Part shown: positions 42,801-55,920 of the stretch, piece by piece
How the letters are laid out: the number at the start of each line of letters is the position of its first letter
Numbering within the stretch: position 1 is the stretch's first letter
Source of the DNA: Eledone cirrhosa
Lineage: Eukaryota
Direction of reading: 5' to 3'
Assembly: GCA_964016885.1 (NCBI GenBank)
Contig: OZ024743.1
Coordinates: 173,972,001-174,036,000 of the forward strand
Length of the DNA stretch: 64,000 nt
Position numbers and translations under genes: made by a program
The notes under the pieces: model-generated
What the model saw: the letters and a program-made list of their open reading frames with translations, nothing else
The model's database searches: none
What the model was told of the DNA's origin: nothing

Positions 42801-44400
42801 AGGGCTAGGGTATGTACCCTCTCCCAGTTGTCCTCCTCCAATACTACAGACACACACTCAGGGCTAGGGTATGTACCCTCTCTTAGTTGTCCTCCTCCGA
42901 TACTACAGACACACACTCAGGGCTAGGGTATGAACCCTCTCTTAGTTGTCCTCTTCTAATACTACAGACACACACTCAGGGCTAGGGTATGAACCCTCTC
43001 CTAGTTGTCCTCCTCCAATACTAGACACACACTCAGGGCTAGGGTATGTACCCTCTCTTAGTTGTCGTCCTCCAATACTAGACACACACTCAGGGCAAGG
43101 GTATGTACCCTCTCTTAGTTGTCTTCCTCCAATACTACAGACACACACTCAGGGCTAGGGTATGTACCCTCTCTTAGTTGTCCTCCTCCAATACTACAGA
43201 CACACACTCAGGGCTAGGGTATGAACGCTCTCCCAGTTGTCCTCCTCCAATACTACAGACACACACTCAGGGCTAGGGTATGAACCCTCTCCCAGTTGTC
43301 CTCCTCTAATACTACAGACACACACTCAGGGCTAGGGTATGTACCCTCTCTTAGTTGTCGTCTTCCAATACTACAGACACACACTCAGGGCTAGGGTATG
43401 AACGCTCTCCCAGTTGTCCTCTTCCAATACTACAGACACACACTCAGTGCTAGGGTATGAACGCTCTCCCAGTTGTCCTCCTCCAATACTACAGACACAC
43501 ACTCAGGGCTAGGGTATGAACCCTCTCCCAGTTGTCCTCCTCCAATACTACAGACACACACTCAGGGCTAGGGTATGAACGCTCTCCCAGTTGTCCTCCT
43601 CCAATACTACAGACACACACTCAGGGCTAGGGTATGTACCCTCTCTTAGTTGTCCTCTTCCAATACTACAGACACACACTCAGGGCTAGGGTATGAACGC
43701 TCTCCCAGTTGTCCTCCTCCAATACTACAGACACACACTCAGGGCTAGGGTATGAACCCTCTCCTAGTTGTCCTCCTCCAATACTACAGACACACACTCT
43801 GGGCTAGGGTATGAACCCTCTCTTAGTTGTCCTCCTCCAATACTACAGACACACACTCAGGGCTAGGGTATGAACGCTCTCCTAGTTGTCCTCCTCCAAT
43901 ACTATAGACACACACTCTGGGCTAGGGTATGTACCCTCTCCCAGATGTCCTCCTCCAATACTACAGACACACACTCAGGGCTAGGGTATGAACCCTCTCT
44001 TAGTTGTCCTCCTCCAATACTATAGACACACACTCAGGGCTAGGGTATGTACCCTCTCCCAGATGTCCTCCTCCAATACTACAGACACACACTCAGGGCT
44101 AGGGTATGAACCCTCTCTTAGGTGTCCTCCTCCAATACTACAGACACACACTCAGGGCTAGGGTATGAACCCTCTCTTAGGTGTCCTCCTCCAATACTAC
44201 AGACACACACTCAGGGCTAGGGTATGAACCCTCTCTTAGTTGTCCTCCTCCAATACTACAGACACACACTCAGGGCTAGGGTATGTACCCTCTCCCAGTT
44301 GTTCTCCTCCAATACTACAGACACACACTCAGGGCTAGGGTATGAACCCTCTCTTAGTTGTCCTCTTCCAATACTACAGACACACACTCAGGGCTAGGGT
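39900..44400 (+). repeat. Tandem block duplication, period ~2356 bp (40 monomers)
   Basis: CCGATAC at 40543/42899 and ORFs 40590/42946 are offset by 2356. CTCTAAT at 41010/43307 is offset by 2297, one monomer less. Confidence 0.8.
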
Positions 44401-44599
44401 ATGAACCCTCTCTTAGGTGTCCTCCTCCAATACTACAGACACACACTCAGGGCTAGGGTATGAACCCTCTCTTAGGTGTCCTCCTCCAATACTACAGACA
44501 CACACTCAGGGCTAGGGTATGAACCCTCTCTTAATTGTCCCCCTCCAATACTACAGACACACACTCAGGGCTAGGGTATGTACCCTCTCCCAGTTGTCC

Positions 44600-47500
44600 T
44601 CCTCCAATACTACAGACACACACTCAGGGCTAGGGTATGAACCCTCTCCTAGTTGTTCTCCTCCAATACTACAGACACACACTCAGGGCTAGGGTATGTA
44701 CCCTCTCCCAGTTGTCCTCCTCCAATACTACAGACACACACTCAGGGCTAGGGTATGTACCCTCTCTTAGTTGTCCTCCTCCAATACTACAGACACACAC
44801 TCAGGGCTAGGGTGTGAACCCTCTCTTAGTTGTCCTCTTCCAATACTACAGACACACACTCAGGGCTAGGGTATGAACCCTCTCCTAGTTGTCCTCCTCC
44901 AATACTAGACACACACTCAGGTCTAGGGTATGTACCCTCTCTTAGTTGTCGTCCTCCAATACTAGACACACACTCAGGGCAAGGGTATGTACCCTCTCTT
45001 AGTTGTCTTCCTCCAATACTACAGACACACACTCAGGGCTAGGGTATGTACCCTCTCTTAGTTGTCCTCCTCCAATACTACAGACACACACTCAGGGCTA
45101 GGGTATGAACGCTCTCCCAGTTGTCCTCCTCCAATACTACAGACACACACTCAGGGCTAGGGTATGAACGCTCTCCCAGTTGTCCTCCTCCAATACTACA
45201 GACACACACTCAGGGCTAGGGTATGAACCCTCTCCCAGTTGTCCTCCTCCAATACTACAGACACACACTCAGGGCTAGGGTATGTACCCTCTCTTAGTTG
45301 TCGTCTTCCAATACTACAGACACACACTCAGGCCTAGGGTATGAACGCTCTCCCAGTTGTCCTCTTCCAATACTACAGACACACACTCAGGGCTAGGGTA
45401 TGAACGCTCTCCCAGTTGTCCTCCTCCAATACTACAGACACACACTCAGGGCTAGGGTATGAACCCTCTCCCAGTTGTCCTCCTCCAATACTACAGACAC
45501 ACACTCAGGGCTAGGGTATGTACCCTCTCTTAGTTGTCCTCTTCCAATACTACAGACACACACTCAGGGCTAGGGTATGAACGCTCTCCCAGTTGTCCTC
45601 CTCCAATACTACAGACACACACTCAGGGCTAGGGTATGAACCCTCTCCTAGTTGTCCTCCTCCAATACTACAGACACACACTCTGGGCTAGGGTATGAAC
45701 CCTCTCTTAGTTGTCCTCCTCCAATACTACAGACACACACTCAGGGCTAGGGTATGAACGCTCTCCTAGGTGTTCTCCTCCAATACTACAGACACACACT
45801 CAGGGCTAGGGTATGAACCCTCTCTTAGTTGTCCTCCTCCAATACTACAGACACACACTCAGGGCTAGGGTATGAACCCTCTCTTAGGTGTCCTCCTCCA
45901 ATACTACAGACACACACTCAGGGCTAGGGTATGAACCCTCTCTTAGTTGTCCTCCTCCAATACTATAGACACACACTCAGGGCTAGGGTATGTACCCTCT
46001 CCCAGATGTCCTCCTCCAATACTTCAGACACACACTCAGGGCTAGGGTATGAACCCTCTCTTAGTTGTCCTCTTCCAATACTACAGACACACACTCAGGG
46101 CTAGGGTATGAACCCTCTCCTAGTTGTCCTCCTCCAATACTACAGACACACACTCAGGGCTAGGGTATGAACCCTCTCCTAGTTGTCCTCCAATACTACA
46201 GACACACACTCAGGGCTAGGGTATGAACCCTCTCCCAGTTGTCCTCCTCCAATACTACAGACACACACTCAGGTCTAGGGTATGAACCCTCTCTTAGTTG
46301 TCCTCCTCCAATACTACAGACACACACTCAGGGCTAGGGTATGAACCCTCTCTTAATTGTCCTCCTCCAATACTACAGACACACACTCAGGGCTAGGGTA
46401 TGAACCCTCTCCCAGTTGTCCTCTTCCAATACTACAGACACACACTCAGGGCTAGGGTATGAACCCTCTCCTAGTTGTCCTCCTCCAATACTAGACACAC
46501 ACTCAGGGCTAGGGTATGTACCCTCTCTTAGTTGTCGTCCTCCAATACTAGACACACACTCAGGGCAAGGGTATGTACCCTCTCTTAGTTGTCTTCCTCC
46601 AATACTACAGACACACACTCAGGGCTAGGGTATGTACCCTCTCTTAGTTGTTCTCCTCCAATACTACAGACACACACTCAGGGCTAGGGTATGAACGCTC
46701 TCCCAGTTGTCCTCCTCCAATACTAAAGACACACACTCAGGGCTAGGGTATGAACGCTCTCCCAGTTATCCTCCTCCAATACTACAGACACACACTCAGG
46801 GCTAGGGTATGAACCCTCTCCCAGTTGTCCTCCTCCAATACTACAGACACACACTCAGGGCTAGGGTATGTACCCTCTCTTAGTTGTCGTCTTCCAATAC
46901 TACAGACACACACTCAGGGCTAGGGTATGAACGCTCTCCCAGTTGTCCTCTTCCAATACTACAGACACACACTCAGGACTAGGGTATGAACGCTCTCCCA
47001 GTTGTCCTCCTCCAATACTACAGACACACACTCAGGGCTAGGGTATGAATCCTCTCCCAGTTGTCCTCCTCCAATACTACAGACACACACTCAGGGCTAG
47101 GGTATGTACCCTCTCTTAGTTGTCCTCTTCCAATACTACAGACACACACTCAGGGCTAGGGTATGAACGCTCTCCCAGTTGTCCTCCTCCAATACTACAG
47201 ACACACACTCAGGGCTAGGGTATGAACCCTCTCCTAGTTGTCCTCCTCCAATACTACAGACACACAATCTGGGCTAGGGTATGAACCCTCTCTTAGTTGT
47301 CCTCCTCCAATACTACAGACACACACTCAGGGCTAGGGTATGAACGCTCTCCTTGGTGTCCTCCTCCAATACTACAGACACACACTCAGGGCTAGGGTAT
47401 GAACCCTCTCTTAGTTGTCCTCCTCCAATACTATAGACACACACTCAGGGCTAGGGTATGTACCCTCTCGCAGATGTCCTCCTCCAATACTACAGACACA

Positions 47501-50500
47501 CACTCAAGGCTAGGGTATGAACCCTCTCTTAGGTGTCCTCCTCCAATACTACAGACACACACTCAGGGCTAGGGTATGAACCCTCTCTTAGTTGTCATCC
47601 TCCAATACTACAGACACACACTCAGGGCTAGGGTATGAACCCTCTCCTAGTTGTCCTCCTCCAATACTACAGACACACACTCAGGGCTAGGGTATGAACC
47701 CTCTCCCAGTTGTCCTCCTCCAATACTACAGACACACACTCAGGGCTAGGGTATGTACCCTCTCCCAGTTGTTCTCCTCCAATACTACAGACACACACTC
47801 AGGGCTAGGGTATGTACCCTCTCCCAGTTGTTCTCCTCCAATACTACAGACACACACTCAGGGCTAGGGTATGTACCCTCTCCCAGTTGTTCTCCTCCAA
47901 TACTACAGACACACACTCAGGGCTAGGGTATGAACCCTCTCTTAGTTGTCCTCCTCCAATACTACAGACACACACTCAGGGCTAGGGTATGAACCCTCTC
48001 TTAGTTGTCCTCCTCCAATACTACAGACACACACTCAGGGATAGGGTATGAACCCTCTCTTAGTTGTCCTCTTCCAATACTACAGACACACACTCAGGGC
48101 TAGGGTATGAACCCTCTCCTAGTTGTCCTCCTCCAATACTACAGACACACACTCAGGGCTAGGGTATGAACCCTCTCCCAGTTGTCCTCCTCCAATACTA
48201 CAGACACACACTCAGGGCTAGGGTATGTACCCTCTCCCAGTTGTCCTCCTCCAATACTACAGACACACACTCAGGGCTAGGGTATGAACCCTCTCCTAGT
48301 TGTTCTCCTCCAATACTACAGACACACACTCAGGGCTAGGGTATGTACCCTCTCCCAGTTGTCCTCCTCCAATACTACAGACACACACTCATGGCTAGGG
48401 TATGTACCCTCTCTTAGTTGTCCTCCTCCGATACTACAGACACACACTCAGGGCTAGGGAATGAACCCTCTCTTAGTTGTCCTCTTCCAATACTAGAGAC
48501 ACACACTCAGGGCTAGGGTATGAACCCTCTCCTAGTTGTCCTCCAATACTAGACACACACTCAGGGCTAGGGTATGTACCCTCTCTTAGTTGTCGTCCTC
48601 CAATACTAGACACACACTCAGGGCAAGGGTATGTACCCTCTCTTAGTTGTCGTCCTCCAATACTAGACACACACTCAGGGCAAGGGTATGTACCCTCTCT
48701 TAGTTGTCTTCCTCCAATACTACAGACACACACTCAGGGCTAGGGTATGTACCCTCTCTTAGTTGTCCTCCTCCAATACTACAGACACACACTCAGGGCT
48801 AGGGTATGAACGCTCTCCCAGTTGTCCTCCTCCAATACTACAGACACACACTCAGGGCTAGGGTATGAACGCTCTCCCAGTTGTCCTCCTCCAATACTAC
48901 AGACACACACTCAGGGCTAGGGTATGAACCCTCTCCCAGTTGTCCTCCTCCAATACTACAGACACACACTCAGGGCTAGGGTATGTACCCTCTCTTAGTT
49001 GTCGTCTTCCAATACTACAGACACACACTCAGGCCTAGGGTATGAACGCTCTCCCAGTTGTCCTCTTCCAATACTACAGACACACACTCAGGGCTAGGGT
49101 ATGAACGCTCTCCCAGTTGTCCTCCTCCAATACTACAGACACACACTCAGGGCTAGGGTATGAACCCTCTCCCAGTTGTCCTCCTCCAATACTACAGACA
49201 CACACTCAGGGCTAGGGTATGTACCCTCTCTTAGTTGTCCTCTTCCAATACTACAGACACACACTCAGGGCTAGGGTATGAACGCTCTCCCAGTTGTCCT
49301 CCTCCAATACTACAGACACACACTCAGGGCTAGGGTATGAACCCTCTCCTAGTTGTCCTCCTCCAATACTACAGACACACACTCTGGGCTAGGGTATGAA
49401 CCCTCTCTTAGTTGTCCTCCTCCAATACTACAGACACACACTCAGGGCTAGGGTATGAACGCTCTCCTAGGTGTCCTCCTCCAATACTACAGACACACAC
49501 TCAGGGCTAGGGTATGAACCCTCTCTTAGTTGTCCTCCTCCAATACTACAGACACACACTCAGGGCTAGGGTATGAACCCTCTCTTAGGTGTCCTCCTCC
49601 AATACTACAGACACACACTCAGGGCTAGGGTATGAACCCTCTCTTAGTTGTCCTCCTCCAATACTATAGACACACACTCAGGGCTAGGGTATGTACCCTC
49701 TCCCAGATGTCCTCCTCCAATACTACAGACACACACTCAGGGCTAGGGTATGAACCCTCTCTTAGTTGTCCTCTTCCAATACTACAGACACACACTCAGG
49801 GCTAGGGTATGAACCCTCTCCTAGTTGTCCTCCAATACTACAGACACACACTCAGGGCTAGGGTATGAACCCTCTCCCAGTTGTCCTCCTCCAATACTAC
49901 AGACACACACTCAGGTCTAGGGTATGAACCCTCTCTTAGTTGTCCTCCTCCAATACTACAGACACACACTCAGGGCTAGGGTATGAACCCTCTCTTAATT
50001 GTCCTCCTCCAATACTACAGACACACACTCAGGGCTAGGGTATGAACCCTCTCCCAGTTGTCCTCTTCCAATACTACAGACACACACTCAGAGCTAGGGT
50101 ATGAACCCTCTCCCAGTTGTCCTCTTCCAATACTACAGACACACACTCAGGGCTAGGGTATGAACCCTCTCCTAGTTGTCCTCCTCCAATACTAGACACA
50201 CACTCAGGGCTAGGGTATGTACCCTCTCTTAGTTGTCGTCCTCCAATATTAGACACACACTCAGGGCAAGGGTATGTACCCTCCCTTAGTTGTCTTCCTC
50301 CAATACTACAGACACACACTCAGGGCTAGGGTATGAACCCTCTCTTAGGTGTCCTCCTCCAATACTACAGACACACACTCAGGGCTAGGGTATGAACCCT
50401 CTCTTAGTTGTCCTCCTCCAATACTATAGACACACACTCAGGGCTAGGGTATGTACCCTCTCCCAGATGTCCTCCTCCAATACTACAGACACACACTCAG

Positions 50501-52050
50501 GGCTAGGGTATGAACCCTCTCTTAGTTGTCCTCTTCCAATACTACAGACACACACTCAGGGCTAGGGTATGAACCCTCTCCTAGTTGTCCTCCAATACTA
50601 CAGACACACACTCAGGGCTAGGGTATGAACCCTCTCCCAGTTGTCCTCCTCCAATACTACAGACACACACTCAGGTCTAGGGTATGAACCCTCTCTTAGT
50701 TGTCCTCCTCCAATACTACAGACACACACTCAGGGCTAGGGTATGAACCCTTTCTTAATTGTCCTCCTCCAATACTACAGACACACACTCAGGGCTAGGG
50801 TATGAACCCTCTCCCAGTTGTCCTCTTCCAATACTACAGACACACACTCAGAGCTAGGGTATGAACCCTCTCCCAGTTGTCCTCTTCCAATACTACAGAC
50901 ACACACTCAGGGCTAGGGTATGAACCCTCTCCTAGTTGTCCTCCTCCAATACTAGACACACACTCAGGGCTAGGGTATGTACCCTCTCTTAGTTGTCGTC
51001 CTCCAATACTAGACACACACTCAGGGCAAGGGTATGTACCCTCTCTTAGTTGTCTTCCTCCAATACTACAGACACACACTCAGGGCTAGGGTATGTACCC
51101 TCTCTTAGTTGTCCTCCTCCAATACTACAGACAAACACTCAGGGCTAGGGTATGAACGCTCTCCCAGTTGTCCTCCTCCAATACTACAGACACACACTCA
51201 GGGCTATGGTATGAACGCTCTCCCAGTTATCCTCCTCCAATACTACAGACACACACTCAGGGCTAGGGTATGAACCCTCTCCCAGTTGTCCTCCTCCAAT
51301 ACTACAGACACACACTCAGGGCTAGGGTATGTACCCTCTCTTAGTTGTCGTCTTCCAATACTACAGACACACACTCAGGGCTAGGGTATGAACGCTCTCC
51401 CAGTTGTCCTCTTCCAATACTACAGACACACACTCAGGACTAGGGTATGAACGCTCTCCCAGTTGTCCTCCTCCAATACTACAGACACACACTCAGGGCT
51501 AGGGTATGAACCCTCTCCCAGTTGTCCTCCTCCAATACTACAGACACACACTCAGGGCTAGGGTATGTACCCTCTCTTAGTTGTCCTCTTCCAATACTAC
51601 AGACACACACTCAGGGCTAGGGTATGAACGCTCTCCCAGTTGTCCTCCTCCAATACTACAGACACACACTCAGGGCTAGGGTATGAACCCTCTCCTAGTT
51701 GTCCTCCTCCAATACTACAGACACACACTCTGGGCTAGGGTATGAACCCTCTCTTAGTTGTCCTCCTCCAATACTACAGACACACACTCAGGGCTAGGGT
51801 ATGAACGCTCTCCTAGGTGTCCTCCTCCAATACTACAGACACACACTCAGGGCTAGGGTATGAACCCTCTCTTAGTTGTCCTCCTCCAATACTATAGACA
51901 CACACTCAGGGCTAGGGTATGTACCCTCTCGCAGATGTCCTCCTCCAATACTACAGACACACACTCAAGGCTAGGGTATGAACCCTCTCTTAGGTGTCCT
52001 CCTCCAATACTACAGACACACACTCAGGGCTAGGGTATGAACCCTCTCTT
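44600..52050 (+). repeat. Imperfect tandem duplication, period ~3701 bp, containing a nested 760-bp duplication
   Basis: AGGCCTAGG at 45330/49031 and ORFs 46416/50117 are offset by 3701. After the nested repeat, GCAGATG at 47470/51931 and the AGGACTAG, AGTTATCC and CAAGGC markers are offset by 4461 (3701+760). Confidence 0.82.
49560..51080 (+). repeat. Tandem duplication, period 760 bp (13 monomers)
   Basis: ORFs 50117/50877. The ordered set TACTATAG, CCCAGATG, 3-bp CCT deletion, GGTCTAG, TTAATT, AGAGCTAG, GGGCAAGGG occurs twice. 760 = 13x59 - 2x2 - 3. Confidence 0.88.
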
Positions 52051-53929
52051 AGGTGTCCTCCTCCAATACTACAGACACACACTCAGGGCTAGGGTATGAA
52101 CCCTCTCTTAGTTGTCCTCCTCCAATACTACAGACACACACTCAGGGCTAGGGTATGTACCCTCTCCCAGTTGTTCTCCTCCAATACTACAGACACACAC
52201 TCAGGGCTAGGGTATGTACCCTCTCCCAGATGTCCTCCTCCAATACTACAGACACACACTCAAAGCTAGGGTATGAACCCTCTCTTAGTTGTCTTCCTCC
52301 AATACTACAGACACACACTCAGGGCTAGGGTATGTACCCTCTCCCAGTTGTCCTCCTCCAATACTACAGACACACACTCAGGGCTAGGGTATGAACCCTC
52401 TCTTAGTTGTCCTCTTCCAATACTACAGACACACACTCAGGGCTAGGGTATGAACCCTCTCCTAGTTGTCCTCCTCCAATACTACAGACACACACTCAGG
52501 GCTAGGGTATGAACCCTCTCCCAGTTGTCCTCCTCCAATACTACAGACACACACTCAGGGCTAGGGTATGAACCCTCTCTTAGTTGTCCTCCTCCAATAC
52601 TACAGACACACACTCAGGGCTAGGGTATGAACCCTCTCTTAGTTGTCCTCCTCCAATACTACAGACACACATTCAGGGCTAGGGTATGAACCCTCTCCCA
52701 GTTGTCCTCCTCCAATACTACAGACACACACTCAGGGCTAGGGTATTAACCCTCTCTTAGTTGTCCTCCTCCAATACTACAGACACACACTCAGGGCTAG
52801 GGTATGAACCCTCTCTTAGTTGTCCTCTTCCAATACTAGAGACACACACTCAGGGCTAGGGTATGAACCCTCTCTTAATTGTCCCCCTCCAATACTACAG
52901 ACACACACTCAGGGCTAGGGTATGTACCCTCTCCCAGTTGTCCTCCTCCAATACTACAGACACACACTCAGGGCTAGAGTATGAACCCTCTCCTAGTTGT
53001 TCTCCTCCAATACTACAGACACACACTCAGGGCTAGGGTATGTACCCTCTCCCAGTTGTCCTCCTCCAATACTACAAACACACACTCAGGGCTAGGGTAT
53101 GAACCCTCTCCCAGTTGTCCTCCTCCAATACTACAGACACACACTCAGGGCTAGGGTATGAACCCTCTCTTAGTTGTCCTCTTCCAATACTACAGACACA
53201 CACTCAGGGCTAGGGTATGAACCCTCTCTTAATTGTCCCCATGCAATACTACAGACACACACTCAGGGCTAGGGTATGAACCCTCTCCTAGTTGTTCTCC
53301 TCCAATACTACAGACACACACTCAGGGCTAGGGTATTAACCCTCTCTTAGTTGTCCTCCTCCAATACTACAGACACACACTCAGGGCTAGGGTATGTACC
53401 CTCTCCCAGTTGTCCTCCTCCAATGCTACAGACACACACTCAGGGCTAGGGTATGTACCCTCTCTTAGTTGTCCTCCTCCAATACTACAGATACACACTC
53501 AGGGCTAGGGTATGAACCCTCTCCCAGTTGTCCTCCTCCAATACTACAGACACACACTCAGGGCTAGGGTATGAACCCTCTCCCAGTTATCCTCTTCCAA
53601 TACTACAGACACACACTCAGGGCTAGGGTATGAACCCTCTCTTAGTTTTCCTCTTCCAATACTACAGACACACACTCAGGGCTAGGGTATGAACCCTCTC
53701 TTAGTTGTCCTCTTCCAATACTACAGACACACACTCAGGGCTAGGGTATGAACCCTCTCTTAGTTGTCCTCCAATACTACAGACACACACTCAGGGCTAG
53801 GGTATGAACCCTCTCCTAGTTGTCCTCTTCCAATACTACAGACACACACTCAGGGCTAGGGTATGTACCCTCTCCCAGTTATCCTCTTCCAATACTACAG
53901 ACACACACTCAGGGCTAGGGTATGAACCC

Positions 53930-55920
53930 TCTCTTAGTTGTCCTCCTCCAATACTACAGACACACACTCAGGGCTAGGGTATGAACCCTCTCTTAGTTGT
54001 CCTCCTCCAATACTACAGACACACACTCAGGGCTAGGGTATGAACCCTCTCTTAGTTGTCCTCCTCCAATACTACAGACACACACTCAGGGCTAGGGTAT
54101 GAACCCTCTCTTAGTTGTCCTCCTCCAATACTACAGACACACACTCAGGGCTAGGGTATGAACCCTCTCCTAGTTGTCCTCCTCCAATACTACAGACACA
54201 CACTCAGGGCTAGGGTATGAACGCTCTCCCAGTTGTCCTCCTCCAATACTACAGACACACACTCAGGGCTAGGGTATGAACGCTCTCTTAGTTGTCCTCC
54301 TCCAATACTACAGACACACACTCAGGGCTAGGGTATGAACCCTCTCTTAGTTGTCCTCCTCCAATACTACAGACACACACTCAGGGCTAGGGTATGAACC
54401 CTCTCTTAGTTGTCCTCCTCCAATACTACAGACACACACTCAGGGCTAGGGTATGAACCCTCTCTTAGTTGTCCTCCTCCAATACTACAGACACACACTC
54501 AGGGCTAGGGTATGAACCCTCTCCTAGTTGTCCTCCTCCAATACTACAGACACACACTCAGGGCTAGGGTATGAACGCTCTCCCAGTTGTCCTCCTCCAA
54601 TACTACAGACACACACTCAGGGCTAGGGTATGAACCCTCTCTTAGTTGTCCTCCTCCAATACTACAGACACACACTCAGGGCTAGGGTATGAACCCTCTC
54701 TTAGTTGTCCTCCTCCAATACTACAGACACACACTCAGGGCTAGGGTATGAACCCTCTCTTAGTTGTCCTCCTCCAATACTACAGACACACACTCAGGGC
54801 TAGGGTATGAACCCTCTCCTAGTTGTCCTCCTCCAATACTACAGACACACACTCAGGGCTAGGGTATGAACCCTCTCTTAGTTGTCCTCCTCCAATACTA
54901 CAGACACACACTCAGGGCTAGGGTATGAACCCTCTCTTAGTTGTCCTCCTCCAATACTACAGACACACACTCAGGGCTAGGGTATTAACCCTCTCTTAGT
55001 TGTCCTCCTCCAATACTACAGACACACACTCAGGGCTAGGGTATGAACCCTCTCTTAGTTGTCCTCCTCCAATACTACAGACACACACTCAGGGCTAGGG
55101 TATGAACCCTCTCCTAGTTGTCCTCCTCCAATACTACAGACACACACTCAGGGCTAGGGTATGAACCCTCTCTTAGTTGTCCTCCTCCAATACTACAGAC
55201 ACACACTCAGGGCTAGGGTATGAACCCTCTCTTAGTTGTCCTCCTCCAATACTACAGACACACACTCAGGGCTAGGGTATTAACCCTCTCTTAGTTGTCC
55301 TCCTCCAATACTACAGACACACACTCAGGGCTAGGGTATGAACCCTCTCTTAGTTGTCCTCCTCCAATACTACAGACACACACTCAGGGCTAGGGTATGA
55401 ACCCTCTCTTAGTTGTCCTCCTCCAATACTACAGACACACACTCAGGGCTAGGGTATGAACCCTCTCTTAGTTGTCCTCCTCCAATACTACAGACACACA
55501 CTCAGGGCTAGGGTATTAACCCTCTCTTAGTTGTCCTCCTCCAATACTACTGACACACACTCAGGGCTAGGGTATGAACCCTCTCTTAGTTGTCCTCCTC
55601 CAATACTACAGACACACACTCAGGGCTAGGGTATGAACCCTCTCTTAGTTGTCCTCCTCCAATACTACAGACACACACTCAGGGCTAGGGTATTAACCCT
55701 CTCTTAGTTGTCCTCCTCCAATACTACAGACACACACTCAGGGCTAGGGTATTAACCCTCTCTTAGTTGTCCTCCTCCAATACTACAGACACACACTCAG
55801 GGCTAGGGTATGAACCCTCTCTTAGTTGTCCTCCTCCAATACTACAGACACACACTCAGGGCTAGGGTATTAACCCTCTCTTAGTTGTCCTCCTCCAATA
55901 CTACAGACACACACTCAGGG
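53930..55920 (+). repeat. Near-consensus homogeneous tract of 59-bp monomers
   Basis: About 33 monomers, all full length and mostly consensus, with occasional CCTAG, AACGCT and TATTAA variants. Confidence 0.75.

Larger units (their letters stand above)
30500..53900 (+). repeat. Variant domain B of the array, with an irregular ~1.6-2.4 kb higher-order unit
   Basis: Dominated by AACGCTCTCCCAG, CTCCCAG, CCTCTTCC, TTAATTGTCCCCC and TACTATAG variants. TATTAACCC is rare (seen at ~33280, 39397, 52745, 53335). The GGGCAAGGG-marked cassette recurs, tracked by ORF starts 30295, 32354, 36591, 38177, 40590, 42946, 44830, 46416, 48477, 50117, 50877. Confidence 0.85.

Noticed and set aside
8348-46628. Common ~8.25-kb period (offsets 8268 in domain A and 8239 in domain B)
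   Set aside because: The offsets involve different blocks and monomer counts, and 8268 is simply 11139 minus 2871. Treated as coincidence.
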